Assembly: GCA_037379345.1 (NCBI GenBank)
Contig: CM074522.1
Location: 19,034,001-19,098,000 of the forward strand
Length of the DNA: 64,000 nt
Direction of reading: 5' to 3'
From: Perna viridis
Taxonomy: Eukaryota
Shown here: one piece after another, positions 12,517-26,002 of the stretch
Numbering within the stretch: the stretch's first letter is position 1
Layout: every line of letters starts with the position of its first letter
Position numbers and translations under genes: made by a program
Notes under the pieces: model-generated
The model's input: only the letters and a program-made list of their open reading frames with translations
Told to the model about the DNA's origin: nothing
Database searches by the model: none

Positions 12517-15417
12517 TTAATTGATAGGAAATTTATGTGGACAGAACAAATGTACATGAACACTGGATGTTTAAAACATAACTAACAATGATTGTCACAA
12601 AGAACCTCTAAATTTTTATACCAAAGAAATGCAATTATCAATCAAAACTGAATGTATTTGTTGTTTAATATTTTTTTTTGGTAGAAATTCAAAAAAATGT
12701 AGTTAGAAATTTATTGATGTTCTTGTGAAACAAAATGTGTGCTAAATTAAGATAATACAGTGTACATACCTGCACTGTTTTCATGTCAGTAAGTAGTGAA
12801 AAAAATCCACCTGTACCCTCCCTTTTTAGACTAGAAGGCATGTTTTGGTGATCATGGTGATCCTTACACAACGAACTGGAGTGACACAAAGAACTGGGAG
12901 CAGTTTTGGAAGACACAATAAATGCAGCGCTATAGAGGTTATGTTTATCTGGACACACATAACAACAGACCACAAGTTTGATTAACATTGTCTCTATAGA
13001 GCAATTTTCATTGTGTCTTCCCAAACAGCCCCGCATTGGTTTTGTCTCTCCAGTTTGTTGTGTTGGATGCCCAGTATGTTTTCGCTAACCCTCGAGAGGA
13101 ATTAAAATAGGGTTCATATTTAATAAAGTAATTAACCTACTCCTTTAGACCTGCTGTCTACTGTTTCATGTTATAGAGAAATCCATATTTTGTTCATATT
13201 TTCTTAACACAGTTCAAGAACTGCACATTGATGGTCATGTAAACCTGCGTTGAATGGTCAGTGTAATTTATTATAATTTCAAAATGTCTCCATAGTATTG
13301 GGTTTTGCAGGTCTTGCCATTTTCTTGGAAATTGTAATTGTGTAACTGCAAATCTATGAAATTACTCATGAAATTTATTAGCGTTTAATGTATTAACATG
13401 TCTCAGTTGCATATAAACAGGTGTGGATCCAAGATTTTTTAAGAAGGTACAAATGTACTATGTTTGAAGGGTTTTTTGTCATTATTTACCTATTTTGCCC
13501 AAATACTTTTAAAAAAAATAAAACAAAATTGGAAGTTCCAACAACAAGTCAGCCTCCCCCCTCCAATTTTTGAATCCACAGCTGGGTTTATGTACATTTC
13601 TACATATGGCATTTTATCCAGACTTTATATTAATCGTATGCATATATTTAACCTTGTTATATTTTGTTACTAGTCTTTTTTTTACAGTTAGATTTGCTAG
13701 TCTTTTTCGTTTTGTTTTTAGTATGGTTTGTTATGTTTGGCTAGTCATTTTTGCTTCATTTATTAACTTTTAAATGCATATTGTTAGTGATGTATTAATT
13801 TTTTTTCTTTGTATTTGTGTACTTACATGTAAAACCATTATTTGTTTTTGTTCTATGTGGATTCTAAGGGGGATAGTTGAAAATTGAAACAAAAGGCATC
13901 ATGCTGGAAAAGGGAGATAATTCAAGTGTTAAATTTAGAACATATAAATAATTTTATTTTTATACTGTTTTGAATTTTTTGTAGTTCTTGATTAATAGAA
14001 AGTTATTTTTGTGAAATTGTGTAATCCAGAAAAGTTTTGGTCTTTCCTTTTGCAAATTTTGAGTCTTTTGGATTTATTGTTGTGTTAGTATAATAGTATA
14101 TTTAAGGCATATCAGATTAGGTAAAACATTAAGTGCTCTAAATTTGGCATTGTCAGGTCCTTATGGACAATTTTTATGTATTATTGTTTAACTTAAATTT
14201 TATGAAGTTTTTAACTTCGATGATGTAACATTTGTATTATTGTGAATGATTTTATGAAATGACAGGGTGATGGCAGAAAGGGGAAAGGAAGCAACATCAT
14301 GCCTAGTAGTGTGACTACTGTTTTTGGTGTAAATGAAGACAGAATTTTTATATTTAATATATTAATATTTACCAGGCTTTCTAGTTCTTTGTAGAATTAT
14401 AATAGCTTTTCATGAGTCCCAAAGTTCAAAGGCTGAACTAAAACAGACACAATTTTTACCTTCTATGAATAATGGTGTGCATGCTCAGTTTACGTGCCTC
14501 CCTTAAAATTAAAAAAAAAAGAAAAGAAATTTCTTTTGCATTAATAATCCTTAAAAGAATCAGGTCTTAAACATCTTACCACTTTCTTTTTTTTTTTGTG
14601 TTATTTTCACACCTAGGGACCCCTCAATTTAATCCTGACTCTGCCCTGACTTTCTATTGACTGTCTGATATGCCTATATTGTTGTCACATATCAATGTCA
14701 CACTATACATATATACTTAGTAGATCTGTTGTAACTATGCAGACTTTTTTGTCTTCATCATATGGTGCTTGATTTTTGTTTTATATACAATAAAAGTATA
14801 CACTGTTTTGTCTTAATTGTTTCAAGTCTTGCTGCCATGACAGGATGGTAACTACAGATCAATGTCAGAAGCAGGCAGGGCCGATAAGTAGTAACAGTGA
14901 TACATTTAACATTTTTGCTGAAATTTATTACATCCAGTTTTATAGTTTACTTCAGGAGAAAGAGTTCTTTCTTTCAAACTTAAATAAATTTATGAAATGA
15001 TAGAATTTAGTTTAAATCTCCATAAGCCACACACTACTTGACACTTGAATAGTAAATTAACTTTTTCAAAACTAGATCGATAATCATATATATCCGTAAC
15101 ATCAATCACCATTTATTAAAATAGCTGACAGCTACTGACGAAGAGACTTGTGATGTAGAGACTGACCCAGTCTCATTTTCATCTTAAATTTTTGCATAAG
15201 CCAGGGCAGCTTACCAGCTTTCAAAGGGTGGAAACTTAACTATAACTGTTAACTACCGAATGGAGTTTGTCGGATGATTGTTGTCTAATCGAGGCAAGAA
15301 CAACTCTTTTTCCCTGAAGTTAACTGTTACTCACCTTCAATATGTCCATTCACTTTTAGAGATCTGCTGATCTACGGTAGTATACAATGATGAAAGAATT
15401 AATCATTAAGAAATCAA

Positions 15418-15555
15418 TAGATTGATTGATTGACTGTGGTTGAAAGCCAGTGCAGCGATATTTCAGCTATATTCAGGCAATGAACATGAAATAGATGATA
15501 AAATGAACATGAAATGATGATGATAAAATGAAAAATGGGATGGGACACAAGTAGA
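15418..15555 (-). mobile_element. 3' fragment of the SINE family seen at 35829 and 58534
   Basis: gattgattgattgactg...gatatttcagctatattcaggcaatgaacatgaaat...gggatgggacacaag matches 58534-58668. Confidence 0.7.
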
Positions 15556-16557
15556 AGTCAACAAAATCACCATTCAATGTAAGAATAAGGCAGAGCTCTG
15601 CAGGTAACATTGATACATCAAATAAAATATCTTCTGTAAATAATTTTATTGCTGAAATATATTCAGTCCACTCCAGAAACAACTCTTATACACTTTATAC
15701 AACAGATCTAATGCAAATATCACACACGGGGGAAAAACATGATGATAAATCACAGTAAATAAGTCTTTTACTATTGAATACATAATGGACAGTGTCCAAG
15801 ATGTGAAATCAAATTAATATCCAGAAAAGACCTATTTGTGATCTCTGTTTGAATTTAGGCTATAAACTTGTGCCTTTGTTGGGTTCCACCATATCCAATC
15901 TTTTTTCCCTGCCTTAACATCAGAATGTCATGAGAAGTTCCATCTACTACAAAATGATGCTTTTCATAAATCTACATGTACATGACCCTGTGTGGAGAAA
16001 ATACGATTTGTTTAGAATTAGGTTGATATTGGTGTAGACAATACCAGGTGCATTATGTATCACTCAAATTTCCACATCCAGAAATGCTTGAACAATATGC
16101 AATTCTTAAATCGGTAATCTGTCTACTAAACTGACCCCTGATTAAATTGGAAACCTGTCTGTACATAACTCAAATGAAGCCTGTCAAATTTTGAAGTCAG
16201 CTCTTTTTATGTATCGCTTAATTGTAGTAAACTCTGAACTTGTTGAACCCAAACAATTATTTAAAGTAAAAATTTGGTTTGGTTTCACTGTATATTGTCT
16301 AACTTTTCTGTGAAGTTTGTTGCTATATACATTTTTAAATTGGATTTCATGTGCTGGTACAAATTATTGTACATGTAGCTCATTTTACCTTAAATGCCTT
16401 TTAGGTATACATGTGATATAGGTATTGACAAAGTATCAGAGTTCAATGCACAATGTATAGACACAGTATACCGGTAGTAGATATTGACACTGATTTATGG
16501 TAAACATAAATTGTTGCACGATTTTGTAGAGATATTGAGTGGAGAGACTTGTTGACC

Positions 16558-16753
16558 TTGTTTCAGGTTTGTAAGAGGTGACACTCTGCCTGGGTAAAGA
16601 CATTTAAGGTCATGCTGAGATAATGTTTAGTTTTTTGTGGAGTGTATTTCTTCAGGTTTAAAAGAGGTGACACTGTGCTTGGGTAAAGACTTATAAGGTC
16701 ATACTGAAATAATGTTTATTTTATTGGGTTGGTTTCTTCAGGTTTATAAGAGA
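16558..16753 (+). repeat. About 89-bp tandem repeat (about 2.2 copies) upstream of the first identified TAF10 exon
   Basis: ttcaggttt(g/a)(t/a)aagaggtgacact(c/g)tgc(c/t)tgggtaaagac..taaggtcat(g/a)ctga.ataatgttta repeated at 16562, 16651 and, truncated, 16737. Confidence 0.75.
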
Positions 16754-17031
16754 CTGAATAGTACATATAGACTGTCCACCAAAGGGAGATAATCTACTAT
16801 AGACTGGTACTTAACTGACAGACATTTACATTAATGTTTTTATAAAATGCATGTCCATCCATATGTCCACACACATGATAATTTCAATGAAAAAAACCTA
16901 TGTCTCAATTTCTGTTGCTTTCTTTCTCGGTAGCCTGTATATGCAAACAATTGGTTAAGAATTTACATATCAATATAATTGTCCAAAGCTGTTGATTTTA
17001 TATAAAGACTATGTATAATTTTGTTTTTCAG

Positions 17032-20000
17032 ATGAGAGTTCACAACAAGGTAGCCATGGTAACATGACCCAGGTGACCTCTGACAGTAGGGCAGGAGGAC
17101 CACTGACAGACTTTGTTCAACATCTGGAAGACTATGCACCAACAGTATGTATGCTTACTTTAATGCATATCTTTTAGTTCAGTATATTAAACAAATCAAT
17201 CGTAAAATTTTGAAAGTGACAGTCTAACAGCATGTAGTGACTGAATGGAATATGTCTAATTTTAATGTATATTGTAAAATGAAACCAAAAAATTTTATGT
17301 GTGGTAGACATTTTTTCAGGCATCACATCAATTTTTTTCAGATTCATGTAAGGCGTGCAGAAACCAAACCTTTAATGCTACATGTATAAACAACTTTGAA
17401 TCTTCTTGTCTTGGGGTTTATTTTTATTCTAATTTCGATTACTTTTTGTTCAGATACCTGACTCTGTGACAGCATTTTACCTGAACAGGGCAGGGTTTGA
17501 GGCATCAGATCCCAGAATGTGAGTATCACTAACATTTTTTGTGGTAGACATAATTCTTTGTCATGAGCAACTATAATAAGCTGTGTTACAGGCTTGTTCC
17601 ATAGATTTTAAGTTTCTTATGTATCTTTTTGTGTTGCTTTTAAAAAAAAATGGAATGCTTAATCAGATTCCATGCTTACCTTCTGTTTCACTTCTCATGC
17701 TTTTAAAATTGTGAAAATCAAGTCATTCATCCCTTTTTCTTCTCTATAAAATCTATGGTAAGCAGTTGTAAAAAAGGAGTGGTGGATCTAGAGATTTATA
17801 GGGGGTGCAAATTGCTTTTGTTAAGAAATACATATTTGTATGAAAAAAAAACAGAATATATTTATCTGCTTTTAATGACACAATACTAGCAAACAAATTT
17901 GCATGATCATTTAATGAATTATTTTTCATTTCAGAGTATTTATCATGTTTTAACATATCAAAATTTTAATAATTTTAAAAACTTGCATTTTCATGAGGAG
18001 GCAGTGCTGACCATTCATGGACCCCTTTGGAGATTGGATTGGTCAAGACCAAGTTTTAGTTTAATAACCTGATATTTTGAAACTATTTTTCAGAACTCGA
18101 CTTGTGTCAATTGCAGCACAGAAGTTTGTATCAGATATTGCCAATGAAGCTCTCCAGCATTGTAAAATGAAATCATCTTCTGGCCAGAGTAAAAGTAAAG
18201 GAAAGGTCAGTATATAGGTCACATTTTACACATTACATTTAGACTATACTTTTTAGAAACTTAGACATTTCTGTTCTGGAAAAATTTGTTTCTTATGTTT
18301 AGGTCAACAGCCGTAAGATGGGAGACATTGCAATGGGAGCCAAAGAAACAGAAACTTGAATCGATCACTGCACAGAGAATTTTTAAATGATATTTATACA
18401 CGTATTATACAAGTATTAAAGATATTTTTAAGTTCAGAGAGGCATATTTCCACACAACTATTACTGTTCTAGCAGCCTTAAAATCTGATATCCTCTCTTT
18501 GTCTAGAATGAATCCCTAGACCATATTCAAAGTAAACGGTGAACGTGAAAATCGTCTATATAAGTTATATTAGAGTGGGCAATAACTGCAAGGGTTCTAA
18601 ATTCTTGACAACCCTAGAGGCATGCTCACTAAATATGTGTAATATAAATGAAAATTATTTTATGGCATTTTTCATATCTCATGACTTATTGGACAGAAGT
18701 TATATAAGCTTCTGTCCTGAAAGGTTGATCAAAGGGAACCAAGGTTCTAGCGAAAATCAAAAGAATGTAATCTAGGGACAAAGACCAGACATGGAAACAG
18801 ACACACACAACAAAGAACATAACCAAAATGATACATACAAAGAAAAAAAGTAAATGAGCAACTCAAAACCAACTAAAATCTTGGAGCATGGATCATGTGC
18901 CCTGGTAGGGTAAGCAGTCTCTGCTTTTCTAAAAACACCCAGCAAGGATTTATAAAGTATATGATGTGAAAAGTGACTTGATTTTATTATTCACCATTCA
19001 ATGGCCCACTTTTAGGAAGAAAGCCATCACTTGGCGTCCGTCGTCGTTTGTCGTCATCATCAACAATTTTTCAAAACTCTTCTCCTCTGAAACTACTAGA
19101 CCAATTGGAACCAAACTTGGTATGAATGTTCCTTGTGGTATCCTGCATAGAACTGATGTGGGGATTTTTGATCCATCTAAAACATGGCCGCCGTTACTAA
19201 AAATAGAACATAGGGGTCAGATAGTAGTTTTTTCGCACATATCTCCAAAACGGTTAGGTTTAGCCAAATTCTGACATGCGTAAAAGTGTTCTGAATGATG
19301 AGATCAATCTGTGGTCAAATTTTCATTTTAATTTGTTCTGGTATGTTGGAGATATTGCCCTTTTTCAAAGTTTTTTGGTATTTTTAATGTTTTTCTTTCA
19401 AAAATCTTCTCCTCTGACACTACTTGCCCAATTGGAACCAAACTTGGTATGAATGTTCCTTGGGGTATCATGCATAGAACTGATGTGGGGATTTTTGATC
19501 CGTTGAAAAACATGACCGCTGTTACTTAAAATAGAAAATAAGGGTTAGAGATTAGTTTTTTGCATATATATCTCCAAAACGGTTAGGTTTAGCCAAACTC
19601 TTTAATAGCTGAAATGATCCTTATTCTTAGGATTACAAGTCTTCAGGCATAAAAGTTGTCAGATGCCTTCTTATAAGAGTTATTGCCCTTGACAGGGGAA
19701 AATGACAGGGTTTTTTTTTTTTACGGCTATCAGCCAATGCCTTAAAAACTATGATAGATTTAGACTTTCATTTGCTGAAATAATCCTTATAAGTCCTATC
19801 AAAGTTTTCTTGAGTCAAAATTGTTGGACAACTTCTTGTTTAATTTGTCGCCCTTGAAAGGCAAAATGCAACCAGGTGAGCGATTCAGGCTCCTGGGAGC
19901 CTCTTGTTTGCTTATTTAACCCTGCCACAAGAAATGGTGAAGTATTATGTCTTTCAGTTCATCTGTCTGTTCTTTCCCCAATGGTTTCCTTGAGAATAGA

Positions 20001-20279
20001 CCAATGATCTTTTTAAAACTTTGCACAGTTGTTCAGTACCATAAAATACAGGTCCAGTTCAATTTTCAGTAAAATTTCAAAACGTAGTTTTTGAGTTATG
20101 CAGTTTTGAACATTTTGCCATCCCCTTTTTACCATAATGTGGCAGGATATCACTTAATTTTCCATTAATGCTCAATATCTTAATTTCAGGACAAGAAATT
20201 AACCTTGACAATGGATGACCTGACCCCAGCTCTGGCCGAGTATGGTATCAATGTTAAGAAGCCTGCATACTATGTGTAA
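17032..20279 (+). CDS. TAF10: TFIID/SAGA subunit TAF10, 5'-partial; exons 17032-17144, 17454-17518, 18094-18205, 20190-20279
   Basis: Spliced translation ...[103 protein letters not shown] is the TAF10 histone-fold domain. All introns are GT-AG with consistent phases (0,2,0). The first listed exon opens in phase 1 after an acceptor. AATAAA at 20374. Confidence 0.95.
18722..18945 (-). mobile_element. Penelope-like element 3'-end fragment
   Basis: Reverse complement of the 41370-41620 terminal segment (atcaagggaaccaaggtt...aaatgagcaactc...ggtagggtaagc..tctgcttttcta). Confidence 0.7.
18986..19908 (+). mobile_element. Helentron/HINE-like non-autonomous element in TAF10 last intron
   Basis: 5' cgtccgtcgtcgtt block, two internal repeats about 330 bp apart (tcttctcctctga.actact.g.ccaattggaaccaaacttggtatgaatgttcct), and a 3' end caggtgagcgattc followed by hairpin AGGCTC-CTGG-GAGCCT and cttgttt. 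Confidence 0.75.
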
Positions 20280-23200
20280 TATGGCTCTCAGTGGACTACC
20301 AGTTTTTGTGATGACATTTTGTAGTTAGAGATTTTAGATCATCATGGCTTTTGTACATTTTTTAACATTAGCAAATAAAAGGCCTTAATTTCCATTTGCG
20401 TTTTATGATCATTTAGTTGTTGCCATGGTTACCAAAGAGCAGTTAATGTTATGAACATTTTAACATTTGGTATTATCTATGGTAACTTATGATACATTTA
20501 CATTTGTGCAATGTAAGAGGTTGGAATAACATCCCTCCATACTCCAGATATTAGAATAGTTAGCTGATCACCAACAACATTGCTATGACTGAAGATCAGT
20601 AACTCTCAAAGTTTATTCAAGTCTCACCTATCACTGTGGGCTAAGACACCATCCTTCTTTAAATGTATATGGTACACCAAATGTACCTCATACCTATTTA
20701 AACTAGGTTTATGATTTGAATAATGCATTATTGGTGTGCATCCTAAGGCAGACCTAAAATATCAAATTTGATGACCAAAAGATATTAAAATGCATAGGGC
20801 GAGGTTTGATCTTATTTGAGATACGATCATGGAAAAAAGATTTCATGCAAAAAATAACAATTATATATCTAATTGTTGTCATATAATGGTATCATGCTGC
20901 TGTCGTCATCATTGTTTAGTATCCATTGGCAATTTGGTTTCCAGACAAAAACTTGATTTAAGGGTATGAACTTGTCATGAAATTATGCAACAAGGTGCCA
21001 TGCCACAAGAGAAAGGCTGGAATTGTTTTTGGGGTTGTCACTTAATATTTTGCGGAACATGCATTTTCATGATTTGACTATAATAAATAAATGAATCTCT
21101 TTAATACTGTACCAAGGTGCAAGGTACAAGGTGCCATACTGCAAAAGAATTTGGGGATGTCATTTGCACCGTGTAGGACCAGGGACTAGAAACGGATTTT
21201 CTGTATACCTGGATAATAACTTGACAATCATGAAGTGAATGAATTTTTTTGAAATTGTGCCACATGGCTTTGATTGAGGTTGGTGATTGTAACTTAAAAC
21301 TGCTTTGGAATTAGGTGTCAGAAGAAACAAAAAGACAAAAAGCATTGCAACTGGATCCATTAATGAATAAGGTTTAAAACGGAGTCATTTTGATTTCCGT
21401 CAAATTCTTATCATGCGTCAAATATTTCATCAGTATCAATATTCAAAGATATATAAAACTTGAATTGCCCTCAACTGTTCAGTTCATGGCTTCTGTGGTT
21501 GCTTGTATCAAGCTGCGTCCAACGAAGTATTTTATTTTTGAGAAGATTTCCAACCTTTGCAGTACCTCTGAATCTGTCACTGTGTACGTCAATCATCAAA
21601 AGTAGTCAAAATAAATTCAATCGCATCCATAGGGGTCACGTGTTCCACAAGGATAAGAAGATGCAAAACTGGGAACATTCATCAGAAAATTCTATAGGAC
21701 ATTGTACTACATGAGTAATATGGTCCACAGTTTGACACCTAATAAATAAGTTATTTTTGTCCATTTTTTCCAGTATTATTCATTTCAACCTATATGTGTA
21801 TACTTGTTAAAGCCTAATAAAAATCTACAACATATTTCATTGAAAGCTTTATTGTTGATCTCTGGTGGTACTTACCATTTTTGGATATTTATTGGTTTTG
21901 TAACTTTCTTTTCACTGATTTTATCTTAAGTTTTATGCCAGGAACGTGCTGGACAGTGAACGTATACAGTATACGGACATGTCCAAACACACAATAAATT
22001 CATTCCATAATACATTTAATTCATTTCTCCATTGCACACCTCAAAATACACCATATTTGCAAATGAAAACTAGTATTCACTTTAATATTATCAATTTAGA
22101 TCGAAGATCGGAATTGATAAGCAGGCACTAGAGCCTGTTAACACCCGTATTTATCTCTTGCATCACCGCAGGAAAATAGTTCCATTTGCATACAAAGGTA
22201 CAAATGTATTTGCACTATATCAATACTAATGCCATGTTATTTACCAAACGCAAATAAAACGTTTTCTTTGAATTAAACATGCTGATCATTCGTTGTTTGA
22301 ACTAATAAGATCCAATCCAAAATATGTTACCTCTAACCTCTTGTCAGTAGACAAATAGTCATCAATCTTAGAAAGGAAATCTTGAGTTTTACCTAAATTA
22401 AGTGGAACTTCGGTTTAACTTTCAGGACCTTTCAATCTTTGAAGGTAAATATATGAATCCCAATTTTAAAAGGGGAGGGTTGTGATCACGTCAAAGTACT
22501 TTAATCCCGTAGCATTTTTTGTGGCTGTCCCAAGTCAGGAATTTCTGGTCTCTGCATGTCTTGTTTCGTTTTCACTTTCAGTTTACTTTTTTGCTGCTGG
22601 AGTATATAGAGGCAACTATTTCGCTGTACCTGTGTATAATATTTTGGAACCAGCTACATCCTGCCCAGTAGTATGAAGGTTTCTCCGTCGTTAAAATCCA
22701 AGGGTGGCCTTGAGATGATATGTTTCATTTCGATGGGGTTGGTGTCTCTTTTACATATCCACCGTATCCATTTTCCATGTATTCAGTATAGGGCTATTGC
22801 CTTGTGATATCGAAAAATCGAAATAAAATTGCATATTAGTTTTATGTAGGTTTTAGTGATTTAACTGACAGTTTCGACCTTAAGGCCGATAAATTGTATT
22901 ACGACTTATACATGTAGAAACTGAACATGCGAAATAATAGTTTGCAACTCAATTATACATGGTCTTGTTCATTCATCTAGGTTATCCATGTAAACCGATC
23001 GACAACGAACATAAATAATACACAAGCTTGCGCATTGCTTCAATATAGGGTGATTTTTTATAAAATATATCGAATGAAACTCGTAATCAGTGTGGTGAAT
23101 TTAAATCAAAGAGTTTAATGTAATAATGATATACATCAAAGAATTGATTACATACGTTTGAGCAGGGACATATAATATGAACGTATTATATGTCCCTGGT

Positions 23201-24098
23201 TTGAAGTCGGTTTCCGTTCTTGCTCTTTTATGCAAGAACTAAAACAGTCAGTGTAAATTGATTCAGTATATGAGTACTTTGATTAGATAAAATAGTAATT
23301 ACGTAAAAGATTATTACTTTCTCATTAAAGAGGCAAGTACATTCCTAGGTTTAGCTGTGCGAGCACGGGTCGACAGAGTACGCGGGCGCTTTCCCGTGAA
23401 AAATCGAAACATCGTCCTTTTCCCGGCTAAGACCGAGTGATCGATGTTCCGATTGATCATTAGTTACGATATCATATGTTTGAACTTTCTAATAAAATCA
23501 TGACTTTATCGAGAATACCGGGGATTGATTATCTCTTGTAGTTTTTAATGTGAAAGAGAATCAAACACCAGCTTTTCTCATGCAAAACTGGGAAATCTCA
23601 GGCAACCTTGTGCATGCCTTGACACTACACTATCTCCACTTGCACAAGTGTCTTTTTCTTTTCTCGATAGTCTTTTTTTTCAGCAACACTTGATTGTTTG
23701 CGTCCAATGGTATGCACCGTGTGTTAAATGTTTCACCCTGCTAAAACTTTTTCCACCGCTATTTAATTTTTAAGTTTTGATTTGAATAAAACAACGGGAA
23801 ATAATACTTTTGATTTATGAAAAACCAAAAATATTCCTAAGAGTCATTATAATAAAAGAATATTTGTATCATTTTTGACATGGTAACAAAATTTGCGTGA
23901 CCACAAATTGAGTTATACTATCGAACATGTTGCCATTAATTTGTAAAGTTTTGCTATTTATAGAACACCTATAGAAAAGGTTTTCCCCTATTTTTACCGT
24001 GATGTAGATCTACATTGTTTTCCGTGATCATACCAACTCTTACCTCAGCTATCAGGCAAACAAGTAAGGGTCTTGCATTTGTTATTATGCATGGGAAT

Positions 24099-24770
24099 GG
24101 GAAACCCCATTTTAAATTTAGTTGTCATAAGTCATGCATTGTTAATATTTGTGCACAGCATTTTTGTTTACAATTTAAATACGCATCGTGGATATTTTTG
24201 TGCACATGTCATGTGTTAGTTTGTTCCTTGAATGATAATTTGTTTTATATCTACTATATGCACGATACTGTATTATATACCTTGTAGACCGTGTAGCACA
24301 CCAGCCAAAGGCACAATATTGCAGCTGCAATGATCTCTGCATGGACCAACCTTGAATTCGATCCTGAGCACTGCTGCATATAGTGCTCAGGTCAGATTCG
24401 AACTTTGTACTTTATAAATACGTGTACAGGATTGACATTGTTCAGTGTACTTGTAATTTCTGTCTGTTCTGTATTTGACATGGGTTCTCTTCATGCATTT
24501 CGTCCATTATAATAGTAACATCGAACACGCTGTAGAGTACTCGACCTAGCTAGACCTTAATCCCTTTTGGGTTTCGGCGCTGGAGATATCCCCTAAATGT
24601 ATTAGCTAGACCTTACAAGTATCCAGGTTAGTGTCAAATACAACGTATACTAACTTTAGTGAGTCAATTTAACTCCGACCTTTGAAAGTAAAAGTGCAGA
24701 ATGAGGGAGCGACAGGGTAAAGAAACCGGGATGAAAATTTATTAATTTAATTTTGAGAAAAAGGTAGGAT
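24099..24770 (+). promoter_or_regulatory. Candidate caspase promoter and 5'UTR exon with kB, AP-1 and IRF-like motifs
   Basis: GGGAAACCCC (24099-24108) fits GGGRNNYYCC. TGAGTCA at 24660, GAAAGTAAAAGTG at about 24684, and a donor-like AAG/GTAGGA at about 24763. The first coding exon has an acceptor at 25991, so an upstream non-coding exon is expected. Motif matches only. Confidence 0.3.
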
Positions 24771-26002
24771 AAGTTGTGTTTTTTTTAATCGTGAACTAAA
24801 TATGAACAATGAAAACCTTCTGGAGTTTGGCTTATCATGTCTGAATTGCAGAAAAAAATAAATATTTCATTCATGCAAACCTGCCACATAAAATCAATTG
24901 GTGGCTCCTTAAGAATCAGACAAATGGTAATATGGAAATAAACGTTTTATAATTTTGACTGGTTCAAATATGGTCAATATAAAGATGCAAATTAGTAACT
25001 CGCATTTCTTTACCATATACCTAATATATTTAGATAAGGTATGAATGTAAATGGTTGTCAGTGCATTGAAAGCATTTCCAAGCGCAGTAAAAAAAAGTGC
25101 GTAAACGTGATTTTCCACAAATTTTAGTTAGTTTTCTAGCCTTCCTTCGCTCGGTCTTTAACTCTATTTACGCCACCCTGACTTGAAATCCTGAAACCAA
25201 CCCGGAATTTTATATAAGTTTAAAAAAACAAATAATTCCAAAAATTGATATTGTGGTTGTCTCGTTAGGTATGACATAACTAGCTTAAAAGACTGATTGT
25301 GTAACTGCATACATGTATAAAGTTTTTTTTTAAATTTATCACAAACAACAATAATATGAGATCGGACATAGATCAAGTTAATTTAAATATTTCCTTGAAG
25401 AAGCCTGTCTATAAATAGACATACCATCGCGCATATTGTCTCAATTAAAATTTTTTAGGTTTTTCCCTATTCATACCAAAGCAGTGTTCTCCCTAATCAG
25501 TTCTGAAGATAACTCACACTAATTAAGGCATTTCATGTTTAGAAGCTTTGCGACATATACGCACATTAGTATTGTGCTCTCAAAGAGTTCGAAAGGCAAG
25601 TAATTAAACTTATTTTAAGATCGATACCTTGTCGGTTTAATTGCGATGCATTGCTTTACATTTAGGCTTTTGAAAAGTCGTTAAAATCCATCTCAAAAGA
25701 TTGAATTTGTCTTATGAGAAAAGAGACAAAACAAACTCACACACAACATAAGCAACAAAAGCGAACAGTTACAGATAAATTGAAGTGAATTACAATGTAG
25801 CAACTAGGAATATTCAAAAGGACTGATTCAATGGAAGCAAAAAGACCAGATTACCGGTTTATGTTGTATATAAATACAATGTTCCACATATTCCCGTAAA
25901 AACTCTAAACGCTGTTTATATCCCGTGGAGGTACAAAAAAATCCTGCATGCTCAGAAAAATAGCACTAAAGAATCTACATCTTATTTACAGTTTGTATTG
26001 AT

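Noticed and set aside
21380-21740. Possible minus-strand exon remnant downstream of TAF10
   Set aside because: There is an acceptor-like site near 21740, but all frames hit stops and I recognise no protein.
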